From a bacterium (lineage in GTDB: Bacteria > Patescibacteriota > Minisyncoccia > Phycocordibacterales > UBA918), in assembly GCA_043719295.1 (NCBI GenBank), contig JAYSUD010000005.1, positions 98,077-162,076 of the forward strand: a stretch of 64,000 nt of DNA, written 5' to 3'. Shown here piece by piece: positions 30,676-40,779 of this stretch. The translations under genes were made by a program, and so were the position numbers. Below the pieces are notes generated by a model, which was given only the letters and a program-made list of their open reading frames with translations, ran no database searches and was not told the origin of the DNA. Positions within the stretch are counted from its first letter, which is position 1; the number at the start of each line of letters is the position of its first letter.

Positions 30676-30850
30676 GGAAGATGAGGGAATTTCTACCCTT
30701 ACAGGGTCAGTACCCCGATTGGATATTTTAGTTCGCTTCGCTCCTAAACTATCTCAATCTGGCTTCGAATCCCTCCGCACGTGACATTTAGTCACGTGCT
30801 CATCTTCCGCGAACAAAATATGCGCCCTTGTGGGGCGCTATTTTGAATCG
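30676..30850. repeat. tRNA-Ser(ACU) trailer element (sense stub plus hairpin-interrupted antisense 3'-end copy)
   Basis: ggaagatgaggga at 30676-30688; ttcgaatccctc[hairpin]catcttccgcga at 30764-30812; gttcgcttcgctcc loop. Confidence 0.8.
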
Positions 30851-30937
30851 CGGAAGATGAGGGATTCGAACCCTCGAAGGATTTAACTCCTTGGCAGTTT
30901 AGTAAACTGCTGCTTTCAGCCACTCAGCCAATCTTCC
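30851..30937 (-). tRNA. tRNA-Ser with ACU anticodon
   Basis: GGAAGAT/ATCTTCC acceptor, G73, long variable arm, stem GCAGT/ACTGC around TTACTAA. Confidence 0.9.
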
Positions 30938-31151
30938 AATATATTCGCTTCGCTCAAATTGTAACCCTACGGGAGGATTAACTTCGTGTCTGCCACGCAG
31001 ATGAATCTGCGGTAAAATATGAAGAAGTTCATATTGAACCCACGGAGCCAATCTTCCACAGGCGGGGGTATTATAGACTGAAATTGGTTTGTTTCAAAAT
31101 ACATAGTTCGGTGCGATAATGGTGTCCTGAATTCCTTATCTCTACTTATAT

Positions 31152-32642
31152 ATGTACAGCACCTTAAAACAATACTTTGGATACGATACGTTTCGACCGT
31201 TACAGAAAGAAGTTATAGACAAGGTAATGGAAAAAGAAGATTGTTTGGTACTTATGCCAACAGGTGGTGGGAAATCACTTTGTTTTCAATTGCCTGCATT
31301 ACTCCAAGAAGGGATAACTATTGTTGTGTCGCCACTTATTTCTCTCATGAAAGATCAGGTAGATGCACTTTTGGGGTATGGGATTAGTGCGGCACTTTTA
31401 AACAGTTCGCTAACGGGAGAACAGATGCATGAGGTTATAGAAAAGGCAAAAAACGGAAGTATCAAAATCCTCTATGTTACCCCTGAGCGTTTAGCACTTG
31501 TCCAATTTGAAGCTATTTTGCACACTTTAGATATTAGTTTGTTTGCCATTGATGAAGCACACTGCATCTCAGAGTGGGGTCATGACTTTAGACCAGACTA
31601 TCGAAACCTAAAGTCACTTAGACAAAAGTTCCCAAGCGTCCCCATCATTGCACTTACCGCTACCGCAACTCCAAAGGTGCGCGATGATATTGTGCGACAA
31701 CTTGCACTTCCTTCTCCCCACATCTTTACCTCAAGTTTTAATCGACAGAATCTTTCGTATGAAGTGCTCCCAAAAAAAGATTCTTTTGGTACTATCCTTT
31801 CTCTTATATCCCTCTACAAAGACGAAAGCATCATCATTTATTGTTTCTCTCGTAAGGACACGGAGACTATTACGGACAAACTTCAAGCTCAAGGATATAA
31901 CGCGGGTGCATATCACGCAGGACTGTCCTCAGACAAACGCCGCGATAACCAAGAAAAATTTATTCATGACGATATTCAAATCATGGTAGCAACCATTGCT
32001 TTTGGTATGGGGATTGATAAACCCGATGTGCGGCTTGTTATTCACCATAGCTTACCTAAGTCTATAGAAGGCTATTACCAAGAAACGGGTCGTGCGGGGC
32101 GTGACGGACTTCCTTCGCGGTGTGTATTGTTATTTTCAACCGCTGACAAATTTAAACAAGACTACTTTATAAACCAACTACGCGAGAGCGAAGAAAAAGA
32201 GCAAGCGCAACAAAACCTCGACCAATCAGTGACCTATGGGACACTAAGCGGGTGTAGGCGTAAATTTTTGCTTCAATATTTTAATGAACGGTATGAGGAA
32301 CATAACTGCGGCAATTGCGACCGTTGTGTTACTCCTACTCCTTTAACAGTACATAAACTCAAATCGAAAAAAAGTGTTGCGCAAGCTGCATCAGTATTCA
32401 CTGACAATGCACACTACGACACCTCACTGTTTGAGGTCTTGCGACAAGTACGTACGAGCGAAGCCTCACGTCGCGGAGTTCCCCCCTATATTGTGTTTGG
32501 CGATAAAACACTCCATGAAATGGCATTGCATAGACCACAAAGTGATGAGGACTTTTTAAACATTAACGGTGTAGGTGAAAAAAAGTTAACCCAGTTTGGA
32601 GAGATTTTCATGAGTGCTATCAGGCAACATACTGCTCCATAG
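31152..32642 (+). CDS. recQ: RecQ DNA helicase (short form)
   Basis: MPTGGGKSLC, DEAHC.SEWGHDFRP, ATIAFGMGIDK, QETGRAGRDG, Zn-binding Cys, HRDC. Confidence 0.95.
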   Translation: MYSTLKQYFGYDTFRPLQKEVIDKVMEKEDCLVLMPTGGGKSLCFQLPALLQEGITIVVSPLISLMKDQVDALLGYGISAALLNSSLTGEQMHEVIEKAKNGSIKILYVTPERLALVQFEAILHTLDISLFAIDEAHCISEWGHDFRPDYRNLKSLRQKFPSVPIIALTATATPKVRDDIVRQLALPSPHIFTSSFNRQNLSYEVLPKKDSFGTILSLISLYKDESIIIYCFSRKDTETITDKLQAQGYNAGAYHAGLSSDKRRDNQEKFIHDDIQIMVATIAFGMGIDKPDVRLVIHHSLPKSIEGYYQETGRAGRDGLPSRCVLLFSTADKFKQDYFINQLRESEEKEQAQQNLDQSVTYGTLSGCRRKFLLQYFNERYEEHNCGNCDRCVTPTPLTVHKLKSKKSVAQAASVFTDNAHYDTSLFEVLRQVRTSEASRRGVPPYIVFGDKTLHEMALHRPQSDEDFLNINGVGEKKLTQFGEIFMSAIRQHTAP

Positions 32643-32737
32643 AAAAATCGCCCAAAGATACACAGAGGGCGACTAGGTATGTTGCCCCATCTATGCGATG
32701 GGACAACAGTGATTGTTGAGACTATTCTTTGCAGTCT

Positions 32738-33892
32738 TTACGGCAAGGGAGCATGGGGATGCCATCCCAAAAGGAACAGTGTCGAGAACCCGGCCACATA
32801 CGCTACAGGAATCGGCCAAGATTCGCGGAGAAACAACTTAGTATTCCGCATATCTGGGTTGTCTTTGGCAACTGCAACCCCAGCAGAAGATCCAAACCAC
32901 ATCATCGAACCACCAAACCCCACAGCATATGCAAGCCATCCCCAATCGTATCCGCCTTGATCAAGCGCGAGCTTGGTAAGCGGAATATTGTCGAAGATTG
33001 CTGATACAAATCCGAGCACGAGGACTGTGAATTCTGAAGCTTTTGGTAATTCCTCAACAGGCATCAAGCTTGCAGAAAGTACCAACGCAAGCAAGAAACT
33101 TGCGTTAAGGGTAGCGTGTGGAACTTTTTTCCATGATGGCGCGCGGAGAAGTGCTGTTACGATGATAACCGTCCACAAGCCTAAAGCAGGCAGACCCCAC
33201 TGTATGTTCCCCACAACAACGCCAACGAGCATTGCAATCACAATCAATATTCTTGTGTAGTCAGCAGAAACATCCTCAGATACAACATTTCGCATTCTCA
33301 CAATCGGCTGATACCGATGTTGAGCAATTGATAGCGGAATGCCAAACATGCAAAGTGCAGTAATAGCTGGCAAAAATGCGTGAGTGACATCTTTCCAGTT
33401 GACCCCTGCAATCCACATCATAGTTGTAGTTGTGTCACCAACAACGCTACCTGCCCCACCAGCATTACTCGCTGCAACAATAGCAGCGAGGTATCCAACA
33501 CGAATCTTTGCATTAAACACCACTATTGCTAGTGAGGCTCCAATCATTGCCGCAGCAATATTATCAAGAAAGACTGATAGCGTGAAAATAAGGCACAAAA
33601 GCACGAACGGCCCTTTCCAACCATCGGGCAAATACGCAGAAACCTTCAGAGATAGACGAGACTTTTCAAAATGATCAGCCATCAACTCAAAGCCAACAAG
33701 TAGCCCGAGCAGATTTACAAGAAGTAATGCTTCATGCTCAAGGTGCAAAATAAGCGACATGTTGGTAAACGCTGCTTTGTAACAGATAATCACCAGAAGT
33801 CCACAAAATGCTACTTTGAGATGGTGCGAACTGTATCGCAAAAGTGCTACCAGCATGAGGCCGAAGAGCAGAAATTCAATGAAGAGTGGCAC
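32738..33892 (-). CDS. ion transporter superfamily permease (NhaD/citrate-transporter-like)
   Basis: LS.FLDNIAAA, SNAGGAGSVVGDTTT, SAIFDNIP, GSSAGVA; GTG start with AAGGAGG RBS. Confidence 0.85.
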   Translation of the reverse strand: MPLFIEFLLFGLMLVALLRYSSHHLKVAFCGLLVIICYKAAFTNMSLILHLEHEALLLVNLLGLLVGFELMADHFEKSRLSLKVSAYLPDGWKGPFVLLCLIFTLSVFLDNIAAAMIGASLAIVVFNAKIRVGYLAAIVAASNAGGAGSVVGDTTTTMMWIAGVNWKDVTHAFLPAITALCMFGIPLSIAQHRYQPIVRMRNVVSEDVSADYTRILIVIAMLVGVVVGNIQWGLPALGLWTVIIVTALLRAPSWKKVPHATLNASFLLALVLSASLMPVEELPKASEFTVLVLGFVSAIFDNIPLTKLALDQGGYDWGWLAYAVGFGGSMMWFGSSAGVAVAKDNPDMRNTKLFLRESWPIPVAYVAGFSTLFLLGWHPHAPLP

Positions 33893-34069
33893 GTGAGGCC
33901 TCCTTTGGTTATGGGGATGACGAAGTACAAAAAGAGCAACTTTCTTCGGAAAGCTCTTTTCCGCAAAGGTTGAAACCTTAACACTCAAAACTAACTTTGT
34001 ACAGGAAGACGTACCCGAGTGGTGTTGCTATGATTTTAAGGAAGATTACAAATCTATATCACTTAGCAT

Positions 34070-34504
34070 ATGTCAAAAGTAAGTATTTATCTAAATTTCA
34101 ATCGTACGACCGAAGAAGCATTTTTGTTTTATCAATCAGTCTTCAAAACTGAATTCCAAGGTGGAATTAGTCGTATGGGTGAAGTGCCTCCAAGTGACGA
34201 CATTCCTAAGCTTGCTGATGAAGACAAAAACCTCGTCATGCACGTGGCCCTCCCCCTTTTAGGAGACTTTGTACTCATGGGAACAGACTCACCTGAATCC
34301 ATGGGTTTTACCGTTATCAAAGGTAACAACGTGTATATCAACCTTCAACCTGACACTAGAAGTGAAACACAAAGACTCTTTATGGAACTAAGCCAAGGTG
34401 GCACTATTGAAATGGAACTTCAAGAAATGTTTTGGGGAGATTATTTCGGCTCTCTTACCGATAGATTTGGAGTTAAGTGGATGTTTAATTGTGAAGAAAA
34501 ATAA
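34070..34504 (+). CDS. VOC/PhnB-family protein
   Basis: YLNF...EEAF.FY..VF, VMH..L, FWG.YFG...DRFGV.W. Confidence 0.9.
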   Translation: MSKVSIYLNFNRTTEEAFLFYQSVFKTEFQGGISRMGEVPPSDDIPKLADEDKNLVMHVALPLLGDFVLMGTDSPESMGFTVIKGNNVYINLQPDTRSETQRLFMELSQGGTIEMELQEMFWGDYFGSLTDRFGVKWMFNCEEK

Positions 34505-34507
34505 TAT

Positions 34508-34909
34508 ATGAAAATAATCAATATACTTTTTAAAATTGTTTTCGGTCTTATCGTTGCATTACCAATTCCAGGTGCGCTCGGCATCTTTCCTCCTCCAACA
34601 AGAGATCTCTACAACACGCAAGAGGCGTTCGATTTTATTCTTGCTCTCATGAACGTTGGGTACATTACGTCAATCATGGCCGTTGTATGTAGTATCATTT
34701 TGTTTTTGATGCTAACAAAACGTATGGCTTTTGCATCACTTTTAATTCTCCCCATTACTGTAAACGTTGTTGCATTCCATGCGGTTATTGACGGTGGATT
34801 GTTTACAAGTGGTGCGGTACTCGGAAATATTATGCTTGCACTAAACATCTACTTCCTCTGGCAAAGTCGTGAGGTATACAAGACGCTGTTAGAGAAGCGC
34901 CCAGTGTAG
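34508..34909 (+). CDS. DoxX-like membrane protein
   Basis: Four TM segments, LPITVN...FH. Confidence 0.7.
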   Translation: MKIINILFKIVFGLIVALPIPGALGIFPPPTRDLYNTQEAFDFILALMNVGYITSIMAVVCSIILFLMLTKRMAFASLLILPITVNVVAFHAVIDGGLFTSGAVLGNIMLALNIYFLWQSREVYKTLLEKRPV

Positions 34910-34975
34910 GTTACATGTCGAAGCTGGATACTATGAAAATGCATCAAACCCAAGGCATTGCCTTGGGTTTGATGG

Positions 34976-35123
34976 TTGCGGAGGGAATTTCGGTCATTAC
35001 ATGACCAGTATCTGTTGTCGCTCTTTTTCCAAAAGAGCTGGCAACAGCTTCGAATCCCTCCTTTTCTCGCAAATGCAACAAAACCCAAACAAAGCTTTGG
35101 CTTTGTTTGGGTTTTGGCATTTG
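34976..35123. repeat. tRNA-Ser(GCU) trailer element
   Basis: Antisense copy ttcgaatccctccttttc(t)cgcaaatgc at 35049-35076; sense stub ttgcggagggaattt at 34976-34990; intervening hairpins. Confidence 0.78.
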
Positions 35124-35209
35124 CGGAAAAGGAGGGATTCGAACCCTCGAGGGTTATTCACCCTACTTTCTTAGCAAGAAAGCACAATCGGCCTCTCTGA
35201 CACTTTTCC
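35124..35209 (-). tRNA. tRNA-Ser(GCU)
   Basis: GGAAAAG/CTTTTCC acceptor, G73, CTTTC-TTGCTAA-GAAAG anticodon arm, long variable arm. Confidence 0.92.
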
Positions 35210-35226
35210 TTATTCGACATAATACG

Positions 35227-36216
35227 TTATTTCAAGTACCTTTTCAAATGCTTTGGATTATGAGTTCCAATTTCTTTCATGTACCGAGCAACATCGTGGA
35301 TTGCATCAATACGAACATTGGTTCCACTACATGTGGCAGTACTCCCGAATCGATGCAGAATAAATAACACCTCGTTTCGAAGCGGTTTTGAAGCGGAAGA
35401 AAAACATAATTTCTTATATTGATACTCCTTACCTCCTACTTTATATTTATGGAGATACACTGAACCATCTGTATCCATTAATCCTCGTAGACATGCCGAG
35501 GAATATTCTTCATTTTCTAAAATCCATGCAGGGATATGTACCTGCTGTTTCACTTTGTTACCTATAACGAGTCCTAGGGATACAAGAAAGATGACTGCCT
35601 TTTTCCGTGCCAAAACAATACTATGTGCATGTGCATCTTTACGAACATACACACTTGGCATCACCCCAAATAATTTTTGCATCAATGATTTAACAAACAA
35701 CCCATATTCAAAATCATCAACAGAATGTAAAGTGACCGACACCTGATACTGTGTCAGTCCTCCATCGCCAAGCATGATGCCTATAAATTCAGCAAGTTTA
35801 TTATTTCTCACTGGTATACAAATATTTTTTGTAAAAAAATCTGCTATTTCAGTTTTTCCGCCATTATCAAACCATCTACGCCAACTCTCTTTGCGCACTG
35901 TTTCATTCACAGGAACTCTGCCATACTTTTTCATTACTGCGGAAGAACCTGCTAAACCAGCCCGACTAGTATGCTCATAGCGATTAATTTGACAGACTCT
36001 TGGGACAAGCATATTGGCTTCTTTTGCGAGCAAAACTAGACTCTCATATGGCATCATAGTTTTACCTAACTTCCATCCACGAATTGTACGGTCCGAACAA
36101 TTGCAAATTTTTGCCATACGACCTACTGATACTTTATCGCATGCTTTTGACATCCACAGGGCTTGTTTTTCTATCGAAGCAAACTTTGCTTTTTTATCTA
36201 CTAAAGAATCTATCAT
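35227..36216 (-). CDS. HTH plus two-motif LAGLIDADG protein
   Basis: LAEFIGIMLGDG and CLRGLMDTDG motifs; N-terminal HTH-like segment; ends 17 bp before tRNA-Ser(GCU). Confidence 0.88.
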   Translation of the reverse strand: MIDSLVDKKAKFASIEKQALWMSKACDKVSVGRMAKICNCSDRTIRGWKLGKTMMPYESLVLLAKEANMLVPRVCQINRYEHTSRAGLAGSSAVMKKYGRVPVNETVRKESWRRWFDNGGKTEIADFFTKNICIPVRNNKLAEFIGIMLGDGGLTQYQVSVTLHSVDDFEYGLFVKSLMQKLFGVMPSVYVRKDAHAHSIVLARKKAVIFLVSLGLVIGNKVKQQVHIPAWILENEEYSSACLRGLMDTDGSVYLHKYKVGGKEYQYKKLCFSSASKPLRNEVLFILHRFGSTATCSGTNVRIDAIHDVARYMKEIGTHNPKHLKRYLK

Positions 36217-36255
36217 GTTTCCATTATACTACATAGAATGCTATAATATTATTTT

Positions 36256-37563
36256 ATGTCTAACTATCCTCTCTTTTATCGACTTCTTGCAAACCATCTT
36301 GTGGCGAACATTACAAACATGTTTGTTTGGTTTGCACTTACTTTTTGGGTATTTATCGAGACGCAATCAGTATTGGTAACTTCTTGGATAGCGGGGATTT
36401 TTGCAATCTTAAGTCTCTTTGGAGGTTTTATATTTGGTCCAATTGTTGATCATGAACGAAAAAAAACAGCAATGCTACATTCAAGTATTATTTCGCTTAT
36501 CTTTTTTACCCTTGCAAGCATCTTTTACTACACAGTCGGACCCGAGGCGTTTATTGATACTACTTCCTACGAGCTCTGGCTCTTTGTTACATTAGTACTT
36601 ATAGGTACCGTTGCAGGCAACTTACGAACCATTGCCCTTTCAACTACCGTTACCATGCTCTTTACCGAAAACCGTGACAAGGCAAATGGACTTGTTGGAG
36701 CAACACAAGGAATCACCTTTGCGTTCACGTCGGTGTTAAGTGGACTTGCTATTGGTTTTTTAGGCATGGAATTTTCACTCTACGCGTCGGTTGTTGCAAC
36801 AGTACTCGTACTGCTCCATTTACTCTTTTTCATCTCGCTTCCTGAGCCGTCAATTGTCCATCTTGAAGAAAGTGCTAAACCAAAAAAAGTTGACTTGCGA
36901 GGTACGATGCTTGTTGTATTAGCAATCCCTGGGTTGCTCGGACTCATTTTCTTCAATACGGTAAACAACTTTTTAGGTGGAGTTTTTATGGCACTTATGG
37001 ATGCGTACGGACTGTCCTTGGTGTCAGTTCAAACATGGGGCTTCATGTGGGGAGTTATGAGTATTGCGATGATTGGAGGGAGTATCTATGTAACTAAGTA
37101 CGGGGTTGGTACTTCACCTCTACGTCGAATTATGGTTTTAAACATTGTCATGTGGGGATCGTGTATGCTATTCCCTATTCAAGCATCAATTCTATTTTTG
37201 GCGGTTGGCATGTTTATTTGGATGTTGTTATCACCTATGATTGAAGCCGCTGAACAAACAGTCATGCAAGCGATTGTCCCCTTTGAACGACAAGGTCGCG
37301 TATTTGGACTTGCACAAAGTATTGAAAGCATGGCGTCACCAATTACTACTTTTTTCATCGGCCCTATAGCGCAACTTATCTTTATACCGTTTATGACTAC
37401 AGGTGCGGGAGTAGTACTTATTGGAGATTGGTTTGGCACCGGCATAGACAGAGGAATTGCCTTGGTGTTTATCCTCGCTGGATTCTTGGGTGTAATCGCT
37501 ACACTTTTCGCTTGGTATTCAAAGTCATTTAAAAAACTTTCTGAACACTATACGGAACTGTAA
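36256..37563 (+). CDS. MFS transporter (DHA3-like)
   Basis: About 12 TM segments, G.IVDH.RKK, RDKANG.VG, QGRVFG.AQS. Confidence 0.9.
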   Translation: MSNYPLFYRLLANHLVANITNMFVWFALTFWVFIETQSVLVTSWIAGIFAILSLFGGFIFGPIVDHERKKTAMLHSSIISLIFFTLASIFYYTVGPEAFIDTTSYELWLFVTLVLIGTVAGNLRTIALSTTVTMLFTENRDKANGLVGATQGITFAFTSVLSGLAIGFLGMEFSLYASVVATVLVLLHLLFFISLPEPSIVHLEESAKPKKVDLRGTMLVVLAIPGLLGLIFFNTVNNFLGGVFMALMDAYGLSLVSVQTWGFMWGVMSIAMIGGSIYVTKYGVGTSPLRRIMVLNIVMWGSCMLFPIQASILFLAVGMFIWMLLSPMIEAAEQTVMQAIVPFERQGRVFGLAQSIESMASPITTFFIGPIAQLIFIPFMTTGAGVVLIGDWFGTGIDRGIALVFILAGFLGVIATLFAWYSKSFKKLSEHYTEL

Positions 37564-37592
37564 ACACGCAAAAGCAGTATGCAATTATGCTC

Positions 37593-37720
37593 GTAGTGTT
37601 TGCTTAAAAAGTTCAAATACGAGGCGGCCAAAGAAATTTTTACGAGGTGTACGATGTAGTACATTGAGAAAAAATTTCTGTAGGCCAACAAAGTAGTTGG
37701 GATTTTTAAGCAAGTACTAC
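37593..37720 (+). repeat. palindromic GTAC-hairpin repeat, copy 2
   Basis: Terminal IR gtagt..ttgcttaaaaa; core gaggtgtacg-atgta-gtacattgag. Confidence 0.7.
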
Positions 37721-38955
37721 TTAATTACACTCGCAACTGCCTTCATTAACCCCTCCTGCATCACACTCGGAATAATTAACTGCGGAGTGGGTTTTTTAAT
37801 AAGTCCCGAAATCTTCTTTGCGGCAAGGAGTTTCATTTCATCAGTAATTTTTGTTACTCCTCTATCAAGCGCACCTCGAAAGATTCCAGGAAACGCGAGT
37901 GAATTGTTTACCTGATTTGGATAGTCACTTCGGCCTGTTGCTATCACATACGCTCCCGCTGTCTTCGCGTCATCAGGTTTGATTTCAGGTACAGGGTTTG
38001 CAAGTGCAAATACAATTGGTTTCTCTCCCATTTCTTCAATATGGTGTTTGGTAATAGTCCCAGGACCCGATACACCAATAAGTACATCAGCACCTTTAAT
38101 TGCATTTAGCACTTCGCCACTTTTTTTCTCTTTGTTTGTCAATTTTGCAAGTTCTTTTTTGTATGGAATTAATCCCGTACGTCCTTCATAGATAAGTCCC
38201 GTACTATCAGAGATAATCACGTTTTCAATTCCTGCTTTTAGGAGCAAGCGTGCAATAGCGGTTCCTGCAGCACCAGCACCAACAATAACAACCTTCAGTG
38301 ACTCCATCTTTTTCCCAACTACCTTTGACGCATTGATAAGACCTGCCAAAACCACAATTGCGGTTCCGTGCTGATCGTCATGCATCACAGGAATAGAAAG
38401 TTCTTCTTTTAAGCGTCGCTCGATTTCAAAACAACGAGGTGCCGAGATATCTTCAAGGTTAATACCTCCAAAGCCTGGTGCAATGGCTTTGATAGTTTTA
38501 ATGATTTCTTCTGTATCTTGTGTAGCAAGTACAATTGGAAATGCATCAACATTTCCCATCTCTTTAAAAATCGAACACTTACCTTCCATAACAGGCAACG
38601 CTGCAATCGGACCAATGTTTCCAAGACCCAAAACCGCTGACCCGTCACTGATAACCGCGACAGTATTCCGGACAATAGTGTACTCTCGGGCATCTTGAGG
38701 ATTTTTTGCTAAATGTACTGACACCGCACCAACTCCTGGGGTGTACATCGTACTCCATTGTTCACGGTTAGTTAGTTTTCCTTTACTTACAATCTCAATT
38801 TTCCCTTTAAGTTTTTTATGAAGCGCCAACGCAAGTGCGTTATAGTCTTTCTTTTTTTGTACCGGAGTAACTTTTTTAGCTATAGCTGTTTTCTTTGATA
38901 CAGCAACACTTTTTTTAGTGGCAACTTTTTTTAACTTTTGTAGAGGCTTTGGCAT
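37717..38955 (-). CDS. NAD(P)-dependent malic enzyme
   Basis: YTPGV, DGSAVLGLGNIG, PVMEGK, INLEDI, HDDQHGT, GAGAAG, ANP.PE, TGRSD.PNQ.NN. Confidence 0.95.
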   Translation of the reverse strand: MPKPLQKLKKVATKKSVAVSKKTAIAKKVTPVQKKKDYNALALALHKKLKGKIEIVSKGKLTNREQWSTMYTPGVGAVSVHLAKNPQDAREYTIVRNTVAVISDGSAVLGLGNIGPIAALPVMEGKCSIFKEMGNVDAFPIVLATQDTEEIIKTIKAIAPGFGGINLEDISAPRCFEIERRLKEELSIPVMHDDQHGTAIVVLAGLINASKVVGKKMESLKVVIVGAGAAGTAIARLLLKAGIENVIISDSTGLIYEGRTGLIPYKKELAKLTNKEKKSGEVLNAIKGADVLIGVSGPGTITKHHIEEMGEKPIVFALANPVPEIKPDDAKTAGAYVIATGRSDYPNQVNNSLAFPGIFRGALDRGVTKITDEMKLLAAKKISGLIKKPTPQLIIPSVMQEGLMKAVASVIK

Positions 38956-39204
38956 GGAAATTAAAGAACAAATTTAAAATAAAATAATACCGACAGTATA
39001 CTCCAAAGGAAATTAGTACGCGACAATGTATAAAAATACACCATACATGAAAACAACCTTTGATCGCTTTCATCCTTAAATAAAGGTAAGCAACAAAGGT
39101 TGGTGTTCTAAGCGTAAGCTTGCGATAGGGACGGCCGTGAAGGCCGCCCCTCGTCATAATTTGGAAAGATCATGTCGGATCGCGTATATGCAGATTCGGC
39201 ATGT

Positions 39205-39562
39205 TCAGGTCGCCAGGATTTCGGCAGCGCGTGTTGCAAGCTTGGCGGATGTTGCCAGCGGGACGGTCGTATCATCAATCGACATTTTGCCCTTCAGATC
39301 GGTATCAACAGCAGTTGCACCGCGATTCATGCCTTCAGGATGCATTGCGATTTTCCGCATCGGGTCGGTCGTCAGGCCACCAAGGGTCGCACCGGTGTCG
39401 GTGGGTGCATATGTTGCCGATTTTGCGAAAATGCAGCCGGGCAGATCAGGTGCCGAATGTGCGCGCTTGTCTACAACGGAACCACGCAGCGCATCTGGCG
39501 GGCTGGCGACGATCATAGCACCGACTGCACACAGCGCAGTCGAGCAAGAGAAGTTTCTTCAT
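39205..39562 (-). pseudogene. probable frameshifted secreted orphan protein
   Basis: GAGGAG RBS plus ATG at 39562 (MKKLLL); removing one base joins STALCAVGAMIVA... of ORF 39205-39516 into a signal-peptide-like start. Confidence 0.5.
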
Positions 39563-39853
39563 CTCAAGTCTCCTCGTTAGCCGAAATCGTCATTGACGAA
39601 ATCCGGCTGGTTTCAGTTATAGCCCTCCCTATCGGGACGACTGTTTCCAGTTATACCCCCAACTCCCCAAATTCACAAGCCCCCTTGTGTATATTCAAAA
39701 AGCTCCAATCAAAATTGATGGAGCTAGTGTCACTTGTACTCTACAATGGGTACCTTTTTATTTCTTTAGTTTAAATGAACAAACTTAAAACTACAAAGAA
39801 CAAAACTCACTTGTCGGCGGGACTGTCGCCCCGCCGTGCAGTTTTTTTCAACC

Positions 39854-40390
39854 TCAGTTACCGCCTTTTGCCCGATGGAAACCCCCGCCACCTCTGGCGC
39901 GATTGCCTTTACCAGAACGGCCACCTTCGTAGCCTCTGATCAAAGCGCCTTCCCCTTTGCCCGGCAATGGCTTCGGCCGATGCACTGACAATATCAAGTC
40001 GCCTGGAATATGTGTGGAATGGATCTTCATCCCGTGAAGCATCGTTTCACCAGAAAAATTCGGGTGAGTATCCTCGACCACAATGGCATCATCAATGTTG
40101 GCAAATGGATCAATCTGATCAAGGTCAAGTTGCCCAGATAGGCCATACTCACCCTCAGACATCCCAAAAATGAATTCAAAGCTGAGAAGTTCGAGCAGTC
40201 CACCCAAATCGTCGATCACAATAATATGTCGGTTCGAGTTAAGACGTTCTGCATTCAAAATGAAAAGATCAGCGTCTTCATCGTCATCGATATGACCTGC
40301 TTCAAGCATGTTGGCACAAGCGCAATCTGGACCTAAGCCCTTGTCACAGTTTGCACGTATTTCGTCAGCTCGCTTTTGTCTCGTCTGCAT
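39854..40390 (-). CDS. hypothetical acidic protein with Gly/Arg-rich tail
   Basis: Open frame followed by GC hairpin (cggcggg...cccgccg); no recognisable motif. Confidence 0.55.
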   Translation of the reverse strand: MQTRQKRADEIRANCDKGLGPDCACANMLEAGHIDDDEDADLFILNAERLNSNRHIIVIDDLGGLLELLSFEFIFGMSEGEYGLSGQLDLDQIDPFANIDDAIVVEDTHPNFSGETMLHGMKIHSTHIPGDLILSVHRPKPLPGKGEGALIRGYEGGRSGKGNRARGGGGFHRAKGGN

Positions 40391-40779
40391 GATACCGCCC
40401 TTTAATGTTTCAGTTTCCGCTTTCGTTGCGGAAAAAAACAATACCATATAAAATGATTTTGTACAGGATTCCTATGTTCGGTCTCTTAAAACCAACATAA
40501 TTTCTATATCTAATGTGGGGTCTCGTAAACCCCACATTAAGATTTTTTGCGGTGCAGTCGTCTTAATATATAAAACAAAGCCCACATAATCGCGGACGAT
40601 TTGCGGGCAGGTGGACTATCAAAATATACTGATAGTGAATTTAATTTTTTGGTTCACATGAACCGAAGAACAAAGTGATAACTGGTTAAGAACAGTTTGG
40701 TCGGGGCGGCAGTGACACGCCGCCCCTTCCTTTCGCTCCGACGCTTTGAGGGGGCGTCATCACACCGGAACGAAATTCA

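Noticed and set aside
35227-36216. Intein or intron origin of this LAGLIDADG ORF
   Set aside because: No Hint-domain termini or host extein; the adjacent tRNA-Ser(GCU) is uninterrupted and no group I core elements flank the ORF.
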